From NCBI GenBank assembly GCA_030264375.1, contig JASCQW010000119.1, positions 47,793,418 to 47,857,417 of the forward strand: 64,000 bases of DNA, given 5' to 3'. Position 1 is the stretch's first letter, and each line of letters begins with the position of its first letter. This DNA is from Carcharhinus longimanus (Eukaryota). Positions 13,745-23,754 of the stretch are shown here, in pieces. Both the position numbers and the translations under genes were made by a program. A model generated the notes under the pieces. The model saw nothing but the letters and a program-made list of their open reading frames with translations, did not search any database and had not been told where the DNA came from.

Positions 13745-15377
13745 GTAAAAGCTGCACCTTGATTGTTTAGCAGACTCCATAACCTCATTTTAAAGTTTTG
13801 TCAATCTTTTAAACCGGGTTAATAATGCCTCATGATTCAGCCTCATGCTTGTTGCCCAAATGCAAGTTTTATTGCTCTAGACACCAGTAGTATAATAATT
13901 ACAGTTACACAATAGGTTCATACAACCTGGTTTCCCACAGACCCAAGATGATCAAACTTGGCCTTCGCAGATGTTGTTCCTCCAGCCAACCTGAGTTCTG
14001 ACCTTAAAAAGCTGTTCTCTGATGTATTATATACCCTTTCTTTGGAATGCATAACATGATAAATAGTATATTGAAGCAAGCTCCTTTTCATCCAACCTCC
14101 TAACATAAGGAGTAGACAATCTCATAGTTAAGTGGTACTGCTTGGGTGCTCCCACTGTTCTGGCCAATATCCAATACTGCAGGATGTAACCAACACGTCT
14201 GCCATATTATTCTGCCTAGTAGCCATATTCTCACACATTCAAATTCTGACAGTCACATTGAGATGTGGTTGACTACACGACTCTGGGCAAATTTTGTCAA
14301 AGGTGGAACTTTGTTTTAGCTGCTCTTCCAGAAGATCAAGTTGTTGAGTTGACACTGGTAGTATGACGTGCTGAATGCTCTACATATATGTGCTGTAAGT
14401 TTGATAAATCTTTGAAGACAAAGAAATGGCTTTTTTTCATTTTTGCCTGTTTTATCCTAATTTCCTTCCTTTTAGCAACATTGGATTAATTCAGTTTCTC
14501 AAAATCTCTGTCCAACAGAGTGGAAGAATACTCTCTGAAATAATAAGTGTTCTGCCCCTCAATTCCAAATGATAACAGTATTTTCCTTTTCAAAATGTGA
14601 ACCATATATTCCTGTCAGTTGCAGCACAGATTCATTCACTTCGTTACTTCCATGTGCATGCCAGATCGCGTTTCTTACATCTTTTGCTGTCATGTAAGCA
14701 TCTGCGATTGTATTGCTCATGTTCTTGGCCTTCAATTATGTTGTCTTTCATAGCTGTTCATGTCACAAATGTTGAACACATTTGAAATTGGCAGGAGGAA
14801 GAGGTAATGTAAGAGACCAGGAATTACCGTGCTATCTCATTTACAAGACGTGCACTCAAATTGAGATTTTGACCATGAGTGACTGAATAAATTATCTAAA
14901 TGTTTATAATTTTATAATCTCTTTATTGTTGGTAAGTATTATTGACAGCATTTGGCAAAACCTGAAGTATGTTAGTATTTTATTAGACCTGCCGAAGTAT
15001 TATCCAGACCCAAAATGTTGGCTGTATTCTTTCTCTGCAGATGCTGTCAGACCTGCTGAGATTTTCCAGCATTTTCTGTTTTTGTTTTTGTCATTTTTGC
15101 AAGCTATTTTCTGAAACAACTTTTTACAACATGGCCACTTTTAATAAGTCCAGAACTGAACTTCAGACTATAGGCAGGATTGAACTTTTACATTTTTGCT
15201 CACTGACGTTTCCAAGTGGAATGCACAGACAATTTCAGTTAAAATCTCGCTCATGTCTCTTGTCTAAATATGGGCCAGCATTCATTTCAGAGGCATTATG
15301 CAGGGATGNNNNNNNNNNNNNNNNNNNNNNNNNNNNNNNNNNNNNNNNNNNNNNNNNNNNNNNNNNNNNTTTTTTTC

Positions 15378-15435
15378 CTCTCTCTCCCTCTCTCTCTCCC
15401 TCTCTCTCTCCCTCTCTCTCTCCCTCTCTCTCTCT
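15378..15435. repeat. (CT)n microsatellite with 12-nt periodicity (CCCTCTCTCTCT)
   Basis: Seen directly, adjacent to an N gap. Confidence 0.9.
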
Positions 15436-15619
15436 GTAACCCCCGCCTGCCTGCCCAAACCATTATCTAACAATAACAGATGCAAATATATGGCTTATAG
15501 TTAGGTTTTCCATAAGCGTCCATCGATAGTTTTTTTTGCCCAGCTACAACTTCTGTCTTAGATGTGAAATGTTTTGCATTTGATTTATTTAATGTCTGTG
15601 TGCCTTTAACGTTATGTAG

Positions 15620-15725
15620 GTGAATTCACACCTGAAATGCAACTTCGCCTACGTCAAGAAATGGAGAAAGAAAAGAAAGTAGAGCTGTGGAAAGAGAATT
15701 TTTTTGAAGATTATTATGGGCAGAA
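15620..15725 (+). CDS. ASXL1: ASXL1 coding exon (end of DEUBAD)
   Basis: tag|GT GAA TTC...GGG CAG AA|gtaagc; 106 nt. Encodes [34 protein letters not shown](K). Confidence 0.96.
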
Positions 15726-15879
15726 GTAAGCAACTTTCTGATTAAACATATCTAGTTAGTTTGCTGAGGTACATGAAGAGGAAAAATTAAGTTCCTGAAA
15801 TCCATTTACTAACAATCAATTTTAGAAATTGATAGTTCTATCCCATGCACAGCAAAAAGAAAGGACCCTTGCAATGTCT

Positions 15880-16170
15880 AAAATGCCAATTTGTGACCTT
15901 AAAATGAGGCTACGTTTCCCCCTCAGATGAACATAAAAGATCCTGTGACACTTTGTAGCAATGAGCAGGTGAGTTCTCGCGGTATCCTGGCCAAAATGTA
16001 TCCCTCATGCCTTATCGCTACTGATGATTAGGTCAGTATCTCATTGAAGTTTGTGCTTTCTGTGCATTGATTGCTGGGTTGTGACAACACTTCAAAGGTA
16101 TTTCATTTCCTGTAAGATGCTTGGCATCCTGAGATTGTGAAAGGCTTTATATCAATGCAAGCTCTTCTTG
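15880..16170 (+). mobile_element. Degenerate Deu-domain-like SINE fragment with L2-like tail
   Basis: taaaagatcctgtgacact..gagcaggtgagttctc..tcctggccaaaatgtatccctca resembles the DeuSINE core; recognised by eye. Confidence 0.45.
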
Positions 16171-16400
16171 AAGCTCACATGGTTGTTCTTCTGCTTGGCT
16201 TTGTATTTTGGTTGAGTTCACATCAAACACCCTCCACAGAGGAAAATTAATTAAGTGGTAATCAAAAAGGAGTATAACTAGAGCATTAGCAATTCTTCAC
16301 TATTTTGGTTACTGTTGGAGAAAACCTAGAATTAAGTTCTACGCCTAGTGATTCTCTGGTGCCATCTTTTCACCCCATATACATCAAGATACTTTGCAGT

Positions 16401-16770
16401 GAGATGGTGCCGTAGTGGTAATGTTACTTGACTAGTAATCCAGAAACCCAGATTAATGCTTGGGGAACGTAGGTTCAGATTCCATCATAGCAGCTGTCAA
16501 TTAACGAAAGCTGGAATTGAAAGCTCGTCTCAGTAATGACAAATGTCTTAAAAATGACCTATCTGATTCATTAAGGCCTTTGAGGGAAGAAAATCTGCTG
16601 TCCTCACCTGGTCTGACCTACATGTGACTCCAGATCCACAGCAATGTGGTTGATTGTCAACTGCCTTCCAAAATGGCACAGCAGACCACTCAGTTCAAAG
16701 ATGATTTGGATAGCCAACAACTGCAGGTCTTGCCCAGGGCGCCTAAATTCCATCAAAGAATGAAATAAAC
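16401..16770 (+). mobile_element. tRNA-derived SINE (second family)
   Basis: ggtgccgtagtggtaatg (A box)...ggttcagattcc (B box); body similar to the copy at 29261-29650. Confidence 0.75.
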
Positions 16771-19054
16771 TTGCAACTATATTGAAAACCATTCTGTTTC
16801 ATTGTAAATGAGCATGTTTTAATTTTGTTACATTTAGCCCTCAACCAACCAATAGATTTTGTTTCTAGTTGCCTAAGAGTATGTTTCTCTCAAATGCTCT
16901 GAAATGAGGGTGAAGTTTAGAATACTGTTCAAAAAACTTGATCATCTAAATATCTATTGATATTCAAGATAAATATTTTTGTACCTATATAATGTCTATA
17001 CAGGAAGTTTGTGATTTTAAACATGAAATGATAGGCAAGGATTGTCCATATAAAGTACGAACCTTGTACCTAAACTTTCTGGATGTCTGATCCTGATGGC
17101 TGTAGACATATAGCCACCACTTAATGTTGGCCACAACTTCTTGAGCTTATCAAGGAGCCAATTTTAAAGATGATGGGAGCATTTTCCGATGAAGTTCTTC
17201 TAAGCGTCCTGAAGTTTATTTGCTTATTTGACAAATTTGTTTGCATATTTCCTTCAACTTGTTTGTATCACTCTTNNNNNNTGCCTTGGAATATTTTACA
17301 AGCCCTTGAAGATACTGTATAAACGCACGATTTTGTTGCAATATCAGCTCCTGTGAATGCAACCTGCGATTTGTTGACATTTTAAAGCTCCAATGTTTTC
17401 TTGGGTCTGAAAATGCTAACAAAAGTATTTTATTACTTGTGGGTACTTGCAGCGTTTAATCAGTATTCCCACAAATTATCCAAAACATTATTTTTTAAAC
17501 AGCTACATAAATCGTAAGATGACAACTGCTTAACAGGACTTAACAGAGCAGCTGCCATTGAACAATCTATAGTCCATTATTGAGACATTATTGCTTAGAT
17601 CTATCTATCTATTAAGAACGATGAACACAACTTGACCTTCCCTTGATTTCAGGTATGCCAGTCATCCCACCTCTCTGTGAATTAATGTTGCGGCTGAATT
17701 ATAGATGGTATGTAGAGTGACAACCCAGGAAGAAAGGTAGATTATCCCTCCTAGAAGTGACTAGCCATTTACTTGAAAAAAATGATCTTCCAAGTGGCAT
17801 AATTCTAGTGTCACATTCTGATTTGTAATGTTTTCTTCAGTACCTTCATAGATATTTCTGTAATATTATCTTTCGTGTGATGAGGATTTCATAGAATCTA
17901 ACTAATCACTTAATTGGGCACAATTGGGTGCTGTTGCATTAGCTGCACTCCCAGAATGGAATCTCACTTTGAAGTTTAGTGTGTCAAATTTTGCTATGGT
18001 TTGCTGTGCAAAATAGATTCATATTAAGGATCATTGTATATTATTTGGCTAAGTTGTGAAAAATTACTTGTTTTACGTATTTCATGTGTCAATTTTGCAC
18101 AGCAAATTTACCAATTTCTACACATAATCTTCCATCTTGTCAAGCAAGGTTTCCTGTGAACCATTCTTCATTGTTCTTTAAACATCAATTATGAGTGAGT
18201 TTTATCTCACTTTCAACCTTGGTACTTTTTCAGCACGAAGTATTTCAGTTCCCTTCAATTTGTAAGTTGTGATATCCTAACCCCTGATTCAAATTCCCTT
18301 TTATATTGTGACAGTAGCTTTGCAAAATTTGTAACATGTTCCAAACCGACATTTGTTTCTTGCCCCGAATGTGTGTTGTATTTCACACAAATCTATCTAA
18401 CAAAACAAGTTCACTCACCTAGGAAGGGATGCCAGGGATGTGAGTACATAAAACCATTTCACTCCATATTCAGCATGGTGGTTGGTATCTGTGGGTGGCT
18501 CTGGCTTTTGTTATGTTTGTCCTACGCAATCCAGAGTCAGAACAGTTACTAGTCATCCCAATTATGAATTAAGCCTATTTTAATGCAGCCTCACATTACT
18601 TAAGTAAATTTAGTACTAAACCCATGGTATAATCTTCTGCCAGTAATATAAGTATTTCTGCAAAGACAATTTGTGCATTAAAAGTGCATTGTCTACCCAT
18701 TTTGCTCAATGGTGAACTGCATTCTTCTTCGAAAGCCTATTGATTTGAAATTTGTTTCTTTCTAATTTTCAGTGCAGTCATGCCTTTCAAATATGGATTA
18801 AAATGATTTTTGTTAAAATGTCTTTTTCTATTGGATCTTTGCCACATGTCTCAGGATATTTGCTAACACATTGGCTTAAACTGCAGAAATTCTTTCTTCA
18901 GGATAGTGATTGCAGATGGAATTCAATCAGATTAGTAGAATCCAACCTCAACATAAAATCTAAATAAGGAAAACTGAACTTTTAGCACTGTAAGAAATTG
19001 CTTTCCAATGCAATCCAATATATCTGAATACCTTTGTTTTGGTTATGTTGACAG

Positions 19055-19805
19055 ACTGGGCTTGTCAAAAGAAGAATCAGAACATCAGACATCCGTACAA
19101 GTGGAAATAGAAAATGAAGCCAGTTCACCTGTATTAGCAGGGCCATCCAAACAGCAAAGTCCGGTTAAAAAGCAGGATGAAAGAGTAAGGAAATGTACTA
19201 GAAGTTCAAAGGTGGACCTCAAATGCAGAGTGAAGCGGAGTCTTATTAAAGAAACACAGATTGAACTTCCTGAACCAAGTGAAAAAACAGTTTCATGTAC
19301 AGTCTCTTCTCAAGATACGAGGAGCCAGAAACAGCAAAGTCATGAAGCCAAGGTGTTTCATGCTGTTAGCTGTGCAGATGAAGATCAGCTGAGTTTAATT
19401 AAAAATGAAGCTAGACCTGGACAGCTAGAAGAAATTCTTCCAAATAAATCTGCCTTAAACTCCAAACCTATACTGCTTGCAGAAAGACCAGTTGGTGTAC
19501 AATCTCAAGAACATATCACATCTGATGGACGTTTAGAATTGACTGATGTGCAACCTGCTGGAATTTCTAAGGATCAGATCACCTGTTTAACTCTAAGGAG
19601 CGCTGCTTTGAAAAGTGAGTTGGAGCACAATTCTGGAGAGTCCAAAGACCAAAAGAGAAAGTCCTCTGAACATAGCGCCTCCACCTCTGGCCCTGAGAAG
19701 AAGCCACGTCTTGATGATCATCAGTCCTTTCGGACCGCAATTGATAGCTTTCGGACAGAAAAAGAACATCCTACAAAAGAAGAGCCAAAGGTGCCACCTA
19801 TTAGG
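19055..19805 (+). CDS. ASXL1: ASXL1 penultimate coding exon (basic NLS-like motifs, frameshift site, start of ASXM1)
   Basis: cag|A CTG GGC TTG TCA AAA GAA GAA...CCT ATT AGG|gtatgt; 751 nt. Encodes LGLSKEES...KDQKRKS...[14 protein letters not shown]...[10 protein letters not shown], as in ASXL1. Confidence 0.95.
19725..19733 (+). other. ASXL1: Candidate +1 programmed ribosomal frameshift site UCC_UUU_CGG
   Basis: In-frame TCC TTT CGG (S-F-R) at the position of the conserved ASXL1 UCC_UUU_CGU site; the +1 frame is open downstream across the splice junction. Confidence 0.75.
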
Positions 19806-22800
19806 GTATGTGTGTTTTTAAAAACGTTGAATCATTACTTGCAAAAATCATTTTAGTTTCAATTTTACTTTTCTTAGATGAGATGCAAAGTAATTTGGGA
19901 CAGTTACAGCGTTGCTTTGTTTTTCTGGAGTTAAAGTTTAGTCAAGGAAATGCGGTGGTCCATTCACGCCAAACCTGGCTTGAGAAAAATATTTTCCCCA
20001 CTTTCTACTTCTTGCCAAATAAAAGCTCAATTCCACCTTGCTATAGAAAGCTGAGGGGACTATGAGGTGAAATCAAAAAGGAAATTGAGAAAGCAGAGAA
20101 AGGACATGAAAAGAATATTGGCAAGCAAAATCAAGGTGAACTCAGAAATGTTTCCTCAATACTTTGAGTAAGAAGCTAAGGAAAGATTACAGCCCATAAA
20201 AGACCAGAAAGGTAATAATGTGGAGGCAGAAGATATTGGTGTTAAATAGCAGGACAGGTCAAATCTGTGGTTAAAATATATGAAATCCTTTGATTTATTA
20301 GCCAAATGAATGAATAAAAAAAGCAGGGAGGTTATGCTGGAGCTGTAAAAGATTTGTCAGGGCACAACATGAGTACTCCATGTGCAGTAACAATATAATT
20401 TCACTAGAGGATTTGAGGATGTTGCCAGAACTGGAAAATTGCAGCTTTTAAGGAAAGTTTGGACAGGCTGGACTGTTTTGCTTAGAATGGAGAAGGCTGA
20501 GGGGAGATCTAATTGAGATGCTCAAAACTGTGAGGAACTTAGATACTGTGAACGGGTCTCCATTCCGTCAGACTAGGGGGCATATATTTGAAGTGATTGG
20601 TACATGGATTAAAGTGGCCATGAGGCTTTTGTTGTAGCCAGAAGGTGGTAAGGGTCTGAAACTCATTGCCTGAAAGGGTGGTAGAGACAGAAAACCACTT
20701 TGAATTTAAAAGGTGTCTGGATTTGCACCTGAAGGACCATAACCTGTAGGATTACAGATCAAAATCTGGAAAGTGGGAGGAGGCTGGTTGGCACAAGCAC
20801 GATGAGCCAGGTGGCCTCTTTCTGTGCCAAAAAATTCCTATGGCAGCTTTCATTTTAAAACAGACAATTCTCTTAAGTTGAAAGGTTTCTTCTTTGCAAT
20901 ACTGCTTGATCCAGACCCCATACAGGAACTGTAAATGGAAAAGATGCATTATATAAAAAAAAAATCTGGTTCTGTTGCCTAAAATAAATTTTTGTCTTGA
21001 ATTATTGTTGGATTTGTGCCCGTTGATTGGATATTGGCGGTCATTGGCTCTGTAGGTTGACAAATGTGCATTTATAAGGTATGTAGTTGATCATGTACAT
21101 GCCATAGCGTACATGAGTTAAATCTCATGGAAGTGTTTTCTGATTTTTCTTTTGATGGAAGTAATCCAATGTCCCTCCCCAGCCAACCCACCAGCTACCA
21201 AGAAGCCAGGACAGCATGAACCAACTGGCTCCATGTCACACCGGAGCAGTAAAAGTGCTGTGGGGCTCATTAATGAGGGCCGAGTGGGACTTGATATCTT
21301 GCCCCCTAGAGCTGTCAGCCTATCCACTTAGCTGGCAGCTTCAAGGAGACTGGGATTGTCAGTTAGAAGTGGAGCCCAAGGCCTAGGATCCATGTAACAA
21401 GCAATTTCAGGTTCTTGGCCCAGAGGACTACAGGAATTTGGGTGGGAGGGTAGTTTGATTTTTATTTATTGTTGTCACGTGTATTGGTGTACATGAAAAG
21501 TATTGCTTCTTGGGTGATATACAGATGAAACGTAATGTTCATGGATTACATAGGGCAGAGGGAAAGGAGAGGTATGTCTGAAGTGCGTGGGCGTCCTTGA
21601 TTATGCTGGCTGCTTTTGCAAGGCAGTGGAAAGTGTAGACTGAATCAATGAAGGAGGAGGAGGAGGTTAAGTGAGGGAGTGGATAGGAAGGTAGGTATTC
21701 AGTCTTGAGATTTTGGGGGGTGGAGGGGTCGCCCTATGATTGAAGAGCAAACATCTTCCCTTGACTATTTCAGTTTAAAAAAACAGACTTCCAGCACGCA
21801 CCCTTCCGTCCACAAATTTATGGTGTGGGCACTGAATTATCAGGGTCATTTAGCTTGATAACGAGCTGAATTGACCCATAATATGATAGTGGGCTGCCAA
21901 TTTCAGCATCCGCCTGCCCTCTGAATTGTAAGGTTGAGATTGGGTGTGTGCAGCACCCACCCACATCATGGAATCTTTTAGGTCTACTTGAATATCAAAA
22001 ATAACTGTTCAACATTGCTTGAAAAGAAAGCACTATGCTAGATCAGCCCAGAAGGTGTACTGAAGTCCACAATGGGACTTGAACCCATAACACCTGATTC
22101 AGACACAGGTACTCATCTATTTCCCCATTGTGGGAAACATGCTAGCTTGGGGTTGGTCAAATTCAGCCCTTTATGTCGGGGGGTTCCCCGAAATTATTAA
22201 TGCCCTCCTGGGGTCTTATCCCAAATCCTGTCAGCAATCCAATGGAAAACATTACTGGCATTCGTGGATACCAATGAAAATATTTCCTACAATAGAACTA
22301 ACATATTGGTAAGTTTGCTCATATTGAACATTACTGAACTCTTGAGATCTTGTGCTGAAAGTGCTTGGTTCCAGGCAAATTGCTGATTCCAGGTTGAAAA
22401 CCCATTTTTGCAAGGAAAGATATTTTGATAATTAATTTTTAATAATTACACAGGGTTTTATGAGGAATATATTCTGCTTCGTAAATTGAAGATCTTAAAA
22501 TTTACATGTCTTCTCTGAGACTATTACAGCAGCTTTGCTCAATTGATGCATACCTGTGTCTGAATCAGGTGTTATGGATTCAAGTCCCATTGTGGACTTC
22601 AGTCCACCTTCTGGGCTGATCTAGCATAGTGCTTTCTTTTCAAGCAATGTTGAACAGTTATTTTTGACATTCAAGTAGACCTAAAAGATTCCACGATGTT
22701 GCAGAAAGTTTTCTCATGGTGTCTTGACCAACATTTCTTCCTCATCATATGGTATCTTTTAAAAAGAAATGAAATTTTGGATTGAAATTCTTGTTTTCCA

Positions 22801-23754
22801 ACATGATGACTTAATTGGAGTTTCATGTTGTGCTTTGGAAATCCAAAGGATGTGATGAGATACTGTGTAAGCACACCACTCGCCTCAGCTCTTTTTTGCA
22901 GGAACCAGAATGTACTGTTGATTTATTTATTTAGAACAAGAAGCTTTCCTTTTTATTCCTGATTTTTCTATGAATGTACATTCAATTGGTAAACCATAAC
23001 AGCATGGTGCGAATAGATGAGGGAAAAGTATGGAATATTTCAGGTTTGGTGATAAAATATATTTTGTTTGCATGTTAATGACTTCCTGTTTTGAAAGTCA
23101 GACACTGATAACCTGCCTTTTCTCTTTACAGATTGAACAATGTGTTCTGTAGTCTTGGTCCTTTCTGTTTTTGTTTCAGATTTAAATGTGTAATTTTCCC
23201 TTTTGTTTCATCAGATTAGTGTTTTGAAATTAATAGCAATTGTAGAAGGATCTATGTCTCTACCAAAATGTTGCGCAGGGTATAACTAGTTGCTTTCTTT
23301 GTGTAGAACCAGTTTTGCAAAAGCATTCTAAATAAATTTGCATTATTTTGCTTCCAGATTCAACTCTCAAGAATCAAACCTCCTTGGGCTGTCAAAGGGC
23401 AGCCAACCTACCAGATATGCCCCAGGATCGTCACTACAGTTGGGACAGTCAGTCGAGAAAGGACAGGTGCCAGAACACTTGCAGATATCAAAGCCCGTGC
23501 TCAGCAAGCCAGGGCACAAAGGGAGGCTGCAGCAGCTGCAGCTGCCAATGTTACAGTGGAAGGAGGGGGAAGGGGTAGTAGTGGTAGTGGACCACGGGGC
23601 ACTGATTCCCCCGGACCAGCCGACGGAAAAACAAAAGTTGTTGAACAAACTACAGCAAAACATCAGTATAGAGCACAGCTATTCCAAACCTGCGCAACAG
23701 ATGAACCAGAAAAACCCAGCGATGGAGAGATTAGTGTTAAGCAAGGTGTTATAA
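19732..23754 (+). CDS. ASXL1: ASXL1-TF overlapping +1-frame ORF (spliced 19732-19805 + 23358-23754; 156 codons plus TAA) with EHSY HCF-1-binding motif
   Basis: No stops in the +1 frame: [25 protein letters not shown]|[25 protein letters not shown]...[43 protein letters not shown] is GAG CAC AGC TAT at 23671-23682. Confidence 0.75.
20030..20845 (+). mobile_element. Degenerate CR1 LINE pieces in the last ASXL1 intron
   Basis: aaaaggaaattgagaaagcagagaaaggacatgaaaagaatattggcaagcaaaatcaagg and aggctgaggggagatctaattgag are CR1 ORF2-like. Confidence 0.65.
21963..22699. repeat. Long inverted repeat: 149-nt arms (21963-22111 and 22551-22699), 439-nt spacer
   Basis: The arms are reverse complements with 4 mismatches by manual comparison. 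Confidence 0.93.

Noticed and set aside
19714-19716. +1-frame ATG just upstream of the shift site as the TF initiation codon
   Set aside because: It lies deep inside the CDS behind many upstream AUGs, with no evidence of an internal promoter. Frameshifting or exon skipping is more plausible.
23338-23754. ORF-track 138-aa ORF as an independent gene with its own start
   Set aside because: Its start (TTG) is intronic, inside the acceptor tract. It makes sense only as the spliced continuation of the +1 TF frame.
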